A program made the translations under genes and the position numbers. A stretch of 64,000 nucleotides of DNA from Amoebophrya sp. A120 (taxonomy: Eukaryota > Protista > Dinoflagellata): contig CAJINV010000010.1 of NCBI GenBank assembly GCA_905178155.1, positions 1,757,182 to 1,821,181 of the forward strand, read 5' to 3'. The notes under the pieces are model-generated. The model had not been told where the DNA came from. It saw only the letters and a list, made by a program, of their open reading frames with translations, and searched no databases. Of the stretch, positions 34,001-46,429 are shown one piece after another (the stretch's first letter is position 1; each line of letters opens with the position of its first letter).

Positions 34001-37000
34001 GTTGCTTTGTTCCAGACCCAGACCTTTTATTTTGAATTTGATAACTCGGTAATGGCGTTCGCGGTGGCGAGCAATTTGGTCGACAGCTGGACGTATCCTG
34101 TGCAAAAGTATCGCACTCGTATTGCAACGATGCATTACAAATCCTTTTGCTAAGGTAAATCAGCATTACAGATTTCATTTCTCACGCTGAGGAAATTTGT
34201 AATGCATTTATGCGAGTACGATTATACTTTTGCAGTTCATAGGACGTCGCGGTAGTTCAGGGGGATGTCGTCGTTTTCCAGACTGTTATCCTGTGCACTT
34301 TTCGTCGTCGAGGACGAAAGTTCCGTCGTACAGAAGGCCGCGTCTATCATGTACTAAAGTATCGTACTCGTAGTTGTAATTGCAGCCATGCATTTTACAA
34401 ATCTCGTTCCGTTCCCAGCAACGCAAATCAGCATATACAAATTCCATTTGTCAAGCTGAGCAAATTTGTGTTGCAATTACCACTAGTACGATACTTTTGC
34501 AGTAGTTCATAGCGGCCAGGAGGAAGCCATACTTTTCTCTCTCCGTCAGGACTTGAATCTTGTTGCACGCACTCACGATGCTCTCGTGCTCACGGAGGGG
34601 CGTGGTCTTCTTGAGGTGCTGCTTCTTGTTCCCCGAGGTCTTCAATTTGTCCCGGCGCGAGTTCGTGTTCGCCTTAGAACCAGATGCAGTACCAAATGAC
34701 GTCGAGTGAGCTGGAGCTTTGTTGAGCAGATCGTCATCTTCATCTTCTTCCTCCATATCAATTGCTGTAGTTTCAACAACATGGTCCACACTCGCAGCAG
34801 CTGCTTCGAGCTCCAGTTGCGACTTCTTTCTCTTCAATCGTGCCAACTCGGAGCGCAGCAAATCTATTCTCGTCGCCACATCGAGGAAGGAAGTCCGGCG
34901 GACGGTCTGCGCGAGCGTGACCGGGGACAGCGCGTCTAGGTCCGTAGGACGACCGGTGGGTGGTTTATTTTGTAGCTCTTTATGGACACCAGGAGTTGTC
35001 AGAGTCGTGATTGATGCCGATCCGGTTGTTTTGTCGGCAGGAGAAGGTGCAACTGGACGATCTATTTCCTTGTCCAACTTTGTTTGTGCATCATCGTGCT
35101 CCTGCTCCCCAACGGCCGCCTCCTCAATCGCTAACGCCGTGGAAGTACGCGTCGGCTTGCGGTTGGCACGTAGCCGCACAAGGGGTTTGTTGTCCTTGCT
35201 GACCCTATAAGTCGGCTTGTTGGACGAGGAATTTGGGTTTGCAGCAACGCTGCTCGCGGTCGTCGTGGCAGCAACTTTTAGCTCATGATCTGGGGCAGAT
35301 GCAGATAGTCCGGCAATAACATCCGGCTTCGCTTGCGCTACGTCCACCTCCTGGCTCATCATCTTACGAGGTTCACCCGTCTTACCTTTGGATGCTCCTG
35401 GTCCTGGTTTCACATCTTCAAGGTTACCAAGATTTTCAGATGAATCGAGTAGGTCAAGAGCATCTACTTCCCCGTCAACATCATTTTCCTTCTCGGCCAA
35501 CACTGGACACAACGCCGCCTCCCCGCTCGCGTCATCCCCAGCCAGCAGCTCACTGATCGTGATCTGCTTTTCCGGAAAACGAAAAGCGAACTCGCGAAGG
35601 ATGACGAGCACCAGTCTCAGCAACATATGCGTTGCAAAAGTAATAGCGCTTTAGTTCTAGTAGTAATTGCAATAGTACAAGTTCGCTCAGCATGACAAAT
35701 GGAATTTGTTATGCTGATATGCCTTGGGAGCGAGATTTGTAATGCATGTGACTGCAATTACTGCGAGCGCGATGCTTTTGCACAGGATAAAACAACGGGA
35801 AAAACGAGTTCCCGGCGAGAACGACCAAGGGCATATGAGAGTGCACAACCCCCGCTCCCCCTCATTTGTCATGCAAAACACCAAATCCAAGCGCTGCCCT
35901 GTGGTACTGATTGCATGACAGATTCGACAGATTCCGGATGAAGCCCAAACAGTACTACATTAGTACGCGCATGAGCTTGTCATGCACAGGCTCCACATGT
36001 GCGGGTGTTTGTATTGCCGTTTATGCAATACAAATGAGGAGAAGGGAGAGTTGTGCACTCTCATAGGACAACAGCATCAGACAGAAAATGTCGTTGTTTA
36101 GCACTTGGATATATGAACTGCAAAAGTATCGCACTCGTATAAATGCATCACAAATTTCCTCAGCATGAGAAATAAAATTTGTAATGCTGATTAAGGTTAA
36201 GAACAAAATTTGTAATGCATGATTGCAATACGAGTACGATACTTTTGCACAGGATAGGATAGACTGGCCCCACAGCATCAGTCCGCAGTTAGTCCAGTAT
36301 GAATTGCAAAAACATCGTGCTAGTAGTAATTCTTGCATTACAAATTACTTCAGCATGACAAATGGAATTAATGGAAATTGTCATGCCGCTTTACCTTGAG
36401 ATGGAGATTTCTAATGCATAATTCCAATTACTACGAGTACGATACTTTTGCAATGCATATCCAGCTGCTCCACGCGATGTACAGCGCGTGCCACGGGTAT
36501 GAGACTGCACAACACCCCCTCGTCCCCGTGATTTGTCATGTGAGAAGTCAAGTCCAGGCTTGTTGCCTTCTTGGCACTGTTTGCATGACAGGTTCCGGAA
36601 GTTGCAGCTATGGCCCAAAAAGCAGTACAGCCCTGTTGTGTGGATTTGTCATGCGAAATCTGCACTATTGCCACCAGTTCTATTGCTGTTCATGCATATA
36701 CAAATGAGCGGGAGGACGACGACAACCTGTGCACTCTCATAACGGCAGATTCCGGTCCTGAAAGGCCTCTTTGATCTTGTCTGTCTCCCCATCCTCGTCG
36801 AAAAACTTCTGATCCCGAAAATTTACCGCAAAGTAGAAGTAGGCCCAGAGTAGCAGCCACGCGATCGCGACGAATAGAAACACGGTTAAGATGATGACGT
36901 AGTATCCTGAGTAAAAACGTACCCACACCAGAGTCAGGATGGGGATTTTGCAACACAAGCCTAAAAAGAGTTTTGCGAGTCACGCATGACAAGTTGCGCG

Positions 37001-40000
37001 ATGCAGTGTAGTGCAGGTTAGCAAGTGCAGCCGCGTCACAGATTCATCTGCTCATCCTGTTCACAGCGTCACAAATTCCAAAACACGATTGAAAATGGCT
37101 CTCATGGGGATGCGCATTACAAGTCTTCCTGTCTTTGCAAATCTGCATTACAACTCTGGTGTGGGTACGTTTTTACTCAGGATACGTAGACGACTTTCCC
37201 CAGCGCCTTGTACTCCAGAACGCGTTGGTATGGAAGCGCCAGCTTTGAAATCGACAAGGTTGAAATGGTTTGCCATGCATAAAATGGATTCCAGTTGTAG
37301 CCCAGCTTCCAAGTGACACATGACAAATTTGGGTAGAGCCGAAATCCAGTTTGTCATGCTGTTTGGGTAAGGAAGACGCCTTTTGTCATGCTACTTTAGC
37401 AGCTCAGTTTCTATCCTTAAACAGGCTTACAATCTGCCTCACTTGCCTACTCTGCAAGACAGGCACTTTGTGGGCTGCATTTTATGCATGACAAAACATC
37501 TCAACTTTGTCGATTTCGATCCTGACGCTTCCATAGTTGGCACTCGCGGGTAAAGCGAGAGTTTTCGGACAAAGCCGCAAACGCGGTGGATGGGAGTGTC
37601 AGAATCGAACTCGTGAAATTTGAAATAATCTGTAATGCAAAAAAGCAATACCAGCTGGAGCTCAGTTTGCAATGTGCGCATGACAAATTTACTTGGCAGC
37701 ATCTAAATCCAATTTGTCATGCTGTCTAAGCAGAGAAGACTGCTTTTATCATGCTACTTTAGCAGCTCTAATATCTCAGACCCCAAACAGACTGATAATC
37801 GGCCTCAGTTGCGTGCTCTGCAAGACAGGCACTTCGCGTCTCGCATTTTATGCATCACAAGTTTTTTCAACTTTGGCGATTTCGGTCCTCACCCTTTCAT
37901 ACGGTGGCAAGCCGGGACGTCGGGTCCGGGGAAGGGTAGTAGTTTATCCTGTGCAAAAGTATCGTACTCGTATAAATGCAAGTCTTGCATTACAAAGTTT
38001 TTTTCTAAAGTAAATCCGCATGACAAATTTTATTTCTCATGCTGGGGAAGTTTGTAATGCATTTATACGAGTACGATACTTTTGCAGTTCATATAGTTTG
38101 ATGCCGACCAGTTTTGTTGGTAAAGGTTCGGTGGTAGCTGCAGTTGCTTTAGCTGCTGCGACGTCGAAAAGGAAGTAGTTCTTGCGGCCATCAGATTGGT
38201 CCGGCTGTTTGTATCACAGGAAAAAGTGTTGACGTTAACGGTTTTCACAGAATGCAGCCATGCATCACAAATGTAGCCCAATATGCATGCTATGCATGAC
38301 AAATTCTGACACGTCTTGATCGTGTGATGAGTTTCTGCATCGCAAACTCCGTTAGCGTTATCACTTTTTCTTGGGATAGTTTGTCATGGCTTTGTACCAT
38401 TCGGAGCGGATCTCGTGGGATTGTTCCGCGGCGGACGGACGGAGGAGAAGTTGTTCTTCTGTGGCTCCTATGCATTGCAAAAGTATCGCACTCGTATAAA
38501 TGCATTGCCAGCATGAGAAATAAAACTTGTAATGCGGATCTACCTTAAGAGCAAGATGCAAGACTTGCATTTATACGAGTACGATACAACTTTTGCACAG
38601 GATAGCTCCTTTTTCTTCTTCAACTTTCTCTTCTATGTCGACTACCAAAGAAGTTCTTTCTGCACCAGCTGGAGGATTTTCATCTGCAGCGCCTCTTGCT
38701 GATTTGCTTGCTGTAAGTGTAAGCGTCGGCGGTGGCGCGTCTTCAGCTTCTCCGGCTGGGTCTGCTCGTAGTTCTTGTGGTGCTTGATTTTTTGTCAGTG
38801 ATTTTGTAGTTTCGCCTGCTGCTGCTTTATCTTCACCTGCTTCTGGCATGCTATGCTCCCCCTCGCGAAAATCATGATTGGTGTCTGCCATGCTGTGTTC
38901 CCCCTCGCGAAAATCATCGGAGCTGAGATCATTCGCGTGCTCAGCCTCATTTGCGGCGCTGCGGTTGGCATCGTTTAAGTTCTCAGCCGCAGAGCTTGTC
39001 GCTTCCTCCTCATGAAGAACCTCCAAAATGCTGGGGAGTCGTTCGACGGCAGGATTTAGGCTCTCCACCGCGATCTGGTTTGCGAGGTTGATTATGCATT
39101 GAGAAGGTGTCTGGGTCTGGAAACTTGTGGTTGAAGCTTTACCGATGAATGAGAATGCAGGAGGAGCTCTAAGCGCACCTGCCAATTGTGTTTACAATTT
39201 TTTAGAGCGCTCCTCTAATCGCATTCATAGTGCACCTCCACATCGATCATGAAAAGCTGCTTTTTTGCATTACGAAAGCAGCTTCACTTTTAATATCGGT
39301 TATGCAACTACACGACAGATTGTTGAAAAATGCAAGACAAGCATCACAAGTTCCGGATCCAGACATTGTATCTGCAATGAATACTAGTCGCGTTCTGCCG
39401 ATTCTCAAGTTCGATTTCCTCTACTTCTGCAACCTCTTCTGGGCTCATGGCGGCCATGGAATTTGTGATGTTTCCATCAACGTCGAAGTCCTCGCCTATG
39501 ATGACCTTTGCGCTCTTGATTCCCAGCTCCTCCGAAGATGGTGGAACAGCAGCTTTACCTTGTGCGTTTGCGGCGTCTGGCGGTTGAGAGAGGGAAGTTG
39601 AAGCCGCTCCGTCTGTTCGTTCTGGCGGTCCTATATTTTTTCTCGGGGGCACACCAGGAGCAGGAAATAAATCTTCCGCAACTAGTACACTGGCGGAAAA
39701 ATCAGGACCTGTTCGCGCTGATGAAGATGATGGTGCTTCCAGTGCAGCCACAGGACGAAGGTTTTTGTCGTCCTCAGACTGCACTGCTGATTTTGAGGAT
39801 GAAGACGGGCCTGCCGGACGATCCGCTGCAAAGGCTTCATCTACTAAACTCACAACCGGACGCGGCGGCTCTTGTTTCGCAGGCGCCACTACCTTTTCCG
39901 CCGGGGCGGGCAACACGGGTCGCCCAACAGATTCTTTCGAAACTACTGCAGCGAGAGCTGCGGCCTGGTTTTCTTTTTGCTTTTCCTCCTCGCCCGATGA

Positions 40001-43000
40001 ACTGGCACCGTACACGACTGAACCCCCGGACTGCTCCTGCCCTGTTTCCTCTGCCCCACTTTCGTTCGCCGTTGACCCACCACCCCCGCCGACACCGACG
40101 CTGCCCCCCCCACCGAGCGCAACACTTGCTGTGCCTTGACTCGCGTTGTCCCCGGTGTCGCCAATAAAATATCCACTGCAAAAGTTGGAATTATATCGCA
40201 CTCGTGCTAGTGCAGCCGTTCTTTCTGATGACAAAACAGAACAGACGTGTGAAAAAACACAAATCTCGTCTTTCCTAAAGGTCCTATCGCAGCAGTAAGT
40301 AACACGAGTTGATGAAGTTTCGTTTTGGAGAACAGGATTTGTGATGCAAAAATCATTCAACAACTAGTCCGAGGGCGACGATGCTTTTATCTTGTCAATG
40401 CATACGGCCGCGGAATTTGCGTGACTGGTCCCGGTGTTCAGGCTGCCATCCATGGAGGAAAGAGCAATCTGTTCCTCGTCCGTGCTGTTAGTGGAAATTT
40501 TCGCTGGATCCGCGGACAAAGGTGGTCGCGACATCGACGAGGGGGTTGCGAGCACGGGATCGGTCGTTGCAGCGTCGACCAGGTTGATGACGGATGGGGA
40601 TGGTACTTGTGGTTCTTTTCTAAGTCCCGATCCCGTCTCAGATACAGGTGCTGAAGATGTGCCCGCTGCAGCTGTTGTCCCAGATCCTCTGTCGTTTTCT
40701 CGGACGAGGAGCCCGGCACTCGCTTGATTTGTTGTGTGCCTTTCTGCGACGTTCACGTTCTCGTGCGCACCAGACCCTGATATTACCAGCACTGGACTCA
40801 TCATCGTGGCTTCTCCTTCCGATGCTGCGATGTTCTTGGCGGGTGTAGTCGCTGAGTTGTTCCTCGTCTGGCTTTATCCTGTGCAAAAGTATCGTGCTCG
40901 TATTGCAATCATGCATTACAAATCTTGTTCTTAAGGCAATGCAGCATTACAAATTTCATTTCTCATGCTGAGGAAATTTGTAATGCATTTATACGAGTAC
41001 GATACTTTTGCACTGCATAGGCTCGTAGATGAACTCGCGGCGGCAGAAAACGATAGCCCGTTGACCACGGGAATGAGCGTTGCAGGATCTTCAGGACCAT
41101 CAGCACGAAGATTTTCATTTTGATTCGATGGATTATTTTTGCTCCTGCTCGGCGTGAGTATCAATTCCGCCTCTTTTGCTCCGGCTAGCATCTTATCAAT
41201 TGCAAAAGTATCGTACTCGTATAAATGCAAGTCTTGCATTTTTTTTCTGAAGGCAAATCAGCATTACAAATTTTTATTTCTCATAATGAGGAAATTTGTA
41301 ATGCACCATTTATACGAGTAGGAGTACGATACTTTTGCAGTTCATACATCTGCTTTCGTGCCGACTCCATAGCGAACTCCATGTCATCAAGATCTTCGTC
41401 TTTCGCTGCCTTCTTTTCCTCGTCCTCCAGTAGAATTTCTTTCTGAAGAACAGTCGGCGTTGTTTTCGTTTCCCTCGTCTTCCCGGCGAGCGAAGTCCCA
41501 AGGTGTAGATCCACCTGCTCTTTACGCGCCACCTCATCGGGAAGCTGAGGAGGCCTTGGATCGGTCCTGTCCTGCCCCTGCTGTTCTTCTTCGTGCAAGA
41601 CCACGCGCAGTAGAGAATCAATGTGCTCTAAATGTTTTCGCAGCCAAATCTTGTGTTGCTTCCGAAAGTCGTACCTTCTTAGCAGAGGCGGAAACAGCGC
41701 CAGCATGGGCGTGGACGCCAGGATCATGGTCAGCAACGCAATGACGTGGGACAGCGGGGAAAACGCGGCCCACTGGAAGGACTGCAGTCCCGTGTTCGTC
41801 GCGAGCGAGATGCCCATGTACAGACAGTCCATAAAGGAAATGTGCCGCGGACCCGAGTGAAAAAACCAATCGGACGCGGTGAGCCTTTCCGGCTGCAGAC
41901 GAATCGGGCGGCTCCGGGGACACCCGTTTTTGTAGAGGAAATCGTCGGCAGCGGCACCAGGTCGTGTAGTTGCCTGGTCACCAATGCCGTCTTGTCTTCC
42001 ATAACTACTTTGCAACCAAGCATAGTCACCCGCCTCTTGCTGATGTTCATCCCCGCCCCACATCACGTCTGGCAAATCGTCTCTCGCCATCATGTATGAA
42101 CTGCAAAAGTATCGTGCTCGTATTTAAATGCATATACAAATTTCCTCAGCATGAGAGCTGGAATTTGTCATGCTGTTTTACCTTAAGGACAAGATTTGTA
42201 AATGCATAAAAGCAATTAGCACGAGTACGATACTTTATTTGCACAGGATATCATGAAGGCCGGCGCGTGGCCTTCCTCCTGCGGATTCGACCCGTTGCCG
42301 TCCCACCGCGTCACGTCCTGCAGGACCGCGACGCAGGGATCGCTGCCGCCAAACGCCCCGTAGCTGCTGTTTTCCCAGCAGAAAAGAAACAATGCGACAA
42401 CAACCCAGATGCAGATGACAAACACGAGGAAAGCGTAGTAGAACCCCTCCTGCACGAGGTAGGCCAGCCAGCTGCTCCAGCTGTTTCCAATATCAAATGC
42501 AAATGCGTCTGGGTTATTTGGAAGATAATTGCTAGGTTTGTCATGCATATTTTGCATGAGCATGACCCATGATGCCTGTAATGCATGGCCTAGCATCACA
42601 GATTTTGAGAGGGCTTTTCGATGCGTATTCATCGGCAAGACAAATGCCATCTCCGCGTGGCAAAAACTGGACTCCTTTTGCTGGTCATGTAATACAGACT
42701 TTTATTTTAGACTTATCCAGAGATAGCATCACAAGTTTTAGTCTTCCAGACCCAGACATATTTCCGATGCATATCCGATGCGCAAATACCATTCTTCGTC
42801 CAAGGCTAGGGAGGAAACTACGCTGGACTTCTATTGCAAGGAAAAATCCACCCTTCCCATATTGAGAGCGCATCCGTAGGAAAATTTGTGACGCAGATCC
42901 GTGGGCACAGATCGGGCCTGTCTTGCAAGAAGGTACACTCAGGCTGTCCGCCACATGGCCGCGCAGGCGATTTGTAATGCGTGCATGGGGCAGGGGGGCA

Positions 43001-44640
43001 TTTTCCTTTTGATAACTTCGACAGAGATCTGAACGAGAATTGCCGGACGCGCTCCTGGGGGATGTTGCCTTGCTGCTGTTGGATTTGCGAAGGAAACCGA
43101 GGCTCTACCTCTAGTTGTCCTGCAGATTGGAGGTCGCGTTCGTCTTCGTTCTCGTTGTTATGTAGCTTTGCCGAGCCATTCGTTGTTTTGGAGAGAAGGG
43201 GCAGTTCCAACTCTCCGTTATCATGCCGACGTTCTGTTGCGAATTCTTGTACTACCTCGTTTCCTCCCCGGTAGTTACTGCCCGTAGTTTTCGAGCCGGA
43301 AGAGAGAAGAGAAGTGGTCGACGGCCTGCCGACGAACAGGTTGAGGTCGTCCAGATAGGATGGTCGTGGCGGCAAGAAGTCACTGTCTAGGCGGACCTGG
43401 TCTAGTTGTGTATTGGTGGCCTGGAGGGTTCTTGGCGACAGCAAGGGTTGCGACAACGAGGAAGCCTGCGGACCATCACTAGCTGTTTCGCCCTCGGGTC
43501 GCGGAACTCGTGCTGGTCCTCCAACTCGGTTACTACTAGTACTCGCAAGAGCCGCATTGCTACTATTCCCGACCACACTCCGAAACGCGGAAACCGCCTG
43601 GGTCGCCTTGACCGCCCGGCGAAGCCTGTCGCTCGCGGACAATTGCTGCTGAAACAGCTCCCGTGTGCCGCTGCGACTGGCGCTGGCGGCGGCAGCGAGG
43701 AGAAGCTGCTGCGAAGCGGATATGGAAGTCTCAAGCGTTACGTTGAAGGTCGCTCTTCCTCTTTACATGATTTGGCATGCTGCACAAGCATCCTGACGAC
43801 GACGATCCTCGTCCACACGATCAAACTACAACTTCGCATGACAAGAACTTTCTCCGCCCACTAAGCAGCATTGGAATTATCCGTGCCCAATCTGTCAGTC
43901 ACGCACGACGCACATGCACAACATGCTTTTGCATTTGCTAAACGTGCTCGTGCATTGGCATCCATTTACAAAATCATGTACAAGTTGTAGCGATCACTCG
44001 ATGTAGCGGCCTTCGAGAGTCCCATAGCGGACGGTGTCGCCGTTGAGGAATTTCCATCTCGTTCCAGACTGTACAAACCCGAGGACAGCTGTTCTGAACC
44101 TCCACTTCCAAATGCCCCCGATAAAAACTGTCCACCAGGCTGCATGCTATTGGCGCGACTGAATCCTGCGAACCCAGTCGAAGCCGACGCGGTAGACTCC
44201 TGTCTCGCGAGTTGCGCGGCGCGACGGACCCGTTTGGCGAAGTTTCTCTCCTCGTGTTGGTTCTGCAGGCGGTTTCGTCTCTGCTGCATCCAGCCAGCGA
44301 CCATGCCGGGGACCTCGGCGCTGCGGACGATGGCATTTTTGCTGCTGCGCGGAGGTTATGAAATGCAAAAGGATCGTACTAGTAGTAATCGCAATACAAA
44401 TTCGCTCAGCATTACAAATGGAATTTGTCATGCTGATTTGCCTTGGGAAGGAGATTTGTCATGCATGACTGCGATTAGTACGAGTACGTATACTTTTGCA
44501 CAGAATAGAGGTGGAAGTGGCGCGGTGCTTGGGATGGTGGTGGGTGAAGGGTTTCTGGAGGAATTTGTAGGCTCTACTGGTGGTGCGCCGCGGGGCAGCA
44601 GTGGCTCGGAGAGATTGTTTTGGTTCGAGAAACCACTCAT
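28048..44640 (-). CDS. Trk/HKT-family K+/Na+ cation transporter (four MPM repeats, long low-complexity loops)
   Basis: Pore-like motifs: FMDCLYMGISLATNTGLQ (~41800); YWTNCGLML (~36280); LLQSASSRTTGCN...LSLPSLWLVLVCMYISMSP (~32600-33030); FKLIYEIISAYGMVGYSL and SFSASWTAWSKIWLCIVMLLGRLRGLPDSID (28130-28600), resembling the fungal Trk C-terminus. Putative start MSGFSNQ at 44640. About 40 introners. Confidence 0.85.
28313..28537. mobile_element. Introner family A-like (degenerate, 3-bp repeat ctg)
   Basis: TAT..ATA ends; removal gives AYGMVGYS-LSGG. Confidence 0.75.
28637..28816. mobile_element. Introner family A-like (degenerate)
   Basis: AAAACTATCG / CGATAGTTTT; TSD tagac/cagac. Confidence 0.78.
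29751..29900. mobile_element. Introner family A
   Basis: TIR; TSD gtgtt. Confidence 0.9.
29949..30214. mobile_element. Introner family B
   Basis: TIR; TSD ttgca. Confidence 0.9.
30300..30448. mobile_element. Introner family A
   Basis: TIR; TSD ttatc. Confidence 0.9.
30977..31124. mobile_element. Introner family A
   Basis: TIR; TSD cacga. Confidence 0.9.
31178..31353. mobile_element. Introner family A (degenerate)
   Basis: TIR; TSD tgcga/tggga. Confidence 0.8.
31539..31693. mobile_element. Introner family A
   Basis: TIR; TSD cagct. Confidence 0.9.
32231..32380. mobile_element. Introner family A
   Basis: TIR; TSD gtgta/gttta. Confidence 0.88.
32424..32574. mobile_element. Introner family H
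   Basis: AAATTTCCTGTACATGTACAA / TTGTACGTGTACGGGAAATTT; TSD ccata/ccaca. Confidence 0.88.
32643..32791. mobile_element. Introner family A
   Basis: TIR; TSD acagc/acaac. Confidence 0.9.
32833..32983. mobile_element. Introner family H
   Basis: Highly similar to 32424-32574; TSD degenerate. Confidence 0.88.
33031..33179. mobile_element. Introner family A (opposite orientation to 32643)
   Basis: TIR; TSD gccag. Confidence 0.92.
33432..33643. mobile_element. Introner family G
   Basis: AAAAAAGTGTTACAGTTACACA TIR; TSD tgaga. Confidence 0.9.
33759..34043. mobile_element. Introner family B
   Basis: TIR; TSD actcg. Confidence 0.88.
34094..34241. mobile_element. Introner family A
   Basis: TIR; TSD ggacg. 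Confidence 0.9.
34345..34511. mobile_element. Introner family A
   Basis: TIR; TSD gcgtc/gcggc. Confidence 0.85.
35626..35789. mobile_element. Introner family A
   Basis: TIR; TSD caaca/aaaca. Confidence 0.85.
35834..36065. mobile_element. Introner family C
   Basis: 16-bp perfect TIR; TSD gggca/ggaca. Confidence 0.9.
36112..36256. mobile_element. Introner family A
   Basis: TIR; TSD ggata. Confidence 0.9.
36298..36459. mobile_element. Introner family A
   Basis: TIR; TSD tccag. Confidence 0.9.
36498..36741. mobile_element. Introner family C
   Basis: TIR; TSD acggg/acggc. Confidence 0.88.
36903..37184. mobile_element. Introner family E (perfect ~32-bp TIR)
   Basis: TATCCTGAGTAAAAACGTACCCACACCAGAGT and its exact inverse; TSD cgtag. 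Confidence 0.93.
37229..37535. mobile_element. Introner family D
   Basis: TIR; TSD gttgg. Confidence 0.9.
37589..37901. mobile_element. Introner family D
   Basis: TIR (left end GAT); TSD cggtg. Confidence 0.85.
37945..38093. mobile_element. Introner family A
   Basis: TIR; TSD tagtt. Confidence 0.9.
38212..38378. mobile_element. Introner family F
   Basis: TIR; TSD gtttg. Confidence 0.9.
38469..38604. mobile_element. Introner family A
   Basis: TIR; TSD gctcc. Confidence 0.9.
39093..39383. mobile_element. Introner family B (old; TSD not recognisable)
   Basis: TGTCTGGGTCTGGAAACTTGTG / CACAAGTTCCGGATCCAGACA. Confidence 0.7.
40875..41019. mobile_element. Introner family A
   Basis: TIR; TSD ggctt/ggctc. 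Confidence 0.9.
41194..41346. mobile_element. Introner family A
   Basis: TIR; TSD catct. Confidence 0.9.
42095..42250. mobile_element. Introner family A
   Basis: TIR; TSD tcatg. Confidence 0.9.
42491..42773. mobile_element. Introner family B
   Basis: TIR; TSD tccaa/tccga. Confidence 0.88.
42832..43014. mobile_element. Introner (minor family)
   Basis: TAT..AAGGAAAA / TTTTCCTT..ATA; TSD acttc. Confidence 0.8.
44357..44507. mobile_element. Introner family A
   Basis: TIR; TSD gaggt. Confidence 0.9.
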
Positions 44641-46429
44641 GATTTTGATGGTGAATTGGGTTGCTGGCTGGACAACGAAGAGAAGCAACAAGAATGAGTC
44701 ATCATCTTCTGCGAAATTTAACAACGCTAGAAAAGAATGTGAGCAAGATGCTGCCCGTGATTTCTCTCGTTGTCGCACTCGAAGCAGTTCTGTAAACGGA
44801 AAGCAACGTCGCCGCCAAAAAGACGCAGCCTCTCCATGATTTGAGTCAACCTCCACCAGGATGCGCGGTTCATTTTCCTTTGCCAACAACACAAGTATTT
44901 GTCCCTCAAAACAAAAAGCGAATCGTAACTCCGCATTTAGTACCGAATTTACTCTCACAACTATGGCGCCATCTCTCTGATTTGCTGCACTCAAGAAGAC
45001 CGAGGAGCCCATGAAGAATCTTGTCGTGCTCGTCACGGTTAATTTTTTAGAAAAGACCGCGACACCTGCTCCCCGTGGCCCTAGCAGCAGGATGGAGATG
45101 CATCCCTTTTTCCCTGAACATGAACAAGAAGAACAGACATGAAGCACAGTGGTGGAGCAAAGACGCAGTTTGCAGCGCTGCGCTGACTGTCGTAGTCTCC
45201 TGGTCACACCTTCTGCCAAGAAGGTTGGTGGGTGTATTTTTTCTTCGGCATCATTTATTTCATACATCAGGCAAGCCTGTAGATGGTTTGATCTCTATCT
45301 CTATCTCTACCTCTATGTACATTGTGGCCAGAGGCATTCAGGTTCTATTTGTTTCTTTCGTTTCTGCTCCTGGTCGTGGTCAGCAGCATTTATATAAATT
45401 TTTATTTTCAATCTGGAGATGCTGCTGCTGGAGCTGTTCGAGCTTCAGGCAATTGGAATTGCTATACATTAACATTGCGGAAAATGAATCTTCAAGGCAC
45501 TAAAATTGCTAAATGTGCTTGCACTTTCTTGCTGCTAAGCGACGAGGCGTAAGGGGCTAAAAGTGGCTCTCCAAGGTAGTAGATGATGAAGCCGCTGTTC
45601 TTTAGTTCAGCGCAGAGCTGAACAACGCACGTAGTACTAAGTCGGGTAGGGCTCGCAAATCAGTACGTTTTGTTAACTAAGTATACCTACGTTGAACTTC
45701 GGCCCCCAGAACAAAGTCGTTTTTCTTCCCGGAAAAAGCAGCTACATACTCCTCCTGTGCAAGCGTTCACTTGAAGGAAGTCATTGACTAGTGAATCAAT
45801 ACAGGACACTTTTATTTTCGGATCATTGTCATACACTGAGAGTGAGACTGTCCTCTACATACTTTCTAAGACCGAAACAATAGCTGCAAAGAGATTAATA
45901 TTGGACGGTTCTTGTGAAGAGGAAGATTGTGTAAACCTAAACAACATAAACAGGAGTAAGATCATGAAAACGCTGATCCGTAGTTATCGGTCAAGAGTAG
46001 AATAGAAGTAGTATAACTGAGTGTCTGCTCTTCTTCTTGATAGCGTCGCGAGTTCTTAGACACAGACGTATAGTTTTGTCGCAGTTCTGCTGTACGGGCG
46101 TGCTTGGTGCGCCCTCGTACAACGATTGGAAAGCGAGAAAATAAGGCTCAAAAATGTAAGAATAGTGGTAGTTGTACAGCAATAAAGTAGAGTAGTTCCT
46201 CAGTTTCATCTGTTGTAAAGGATACATTCGAAATAAACTCACAGACACAGTGCCGTAAACAACAGCACATCAAGTAGTTTGGAGGTCGTGAAGATCGTGT
46301 GAACCTCAACAAAGTGGCACCGCACTCTTTCAGTTGTAAGCTGTAAGAAGATTCTTGCGAAAATAAGAGTTTTAAACTGCGAAGGAACAAGAACAGACCA
46401 TCTACTTAATAGTACAAACGGTTTTACTC

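Noticed and set aside
34267-34282. TATCCTGTGCA resembling a family A end
   Set aside because: No partner TIR, TSD or internal motif; it lies in a short exon and is probably chance or a relic.
40170-40362. Possible degenerate introner starting TATCCACTGCAAAAG
   Set aside because: Right end and TSD could not be defined, so it is not listed as a feature, although an intron here is likely.
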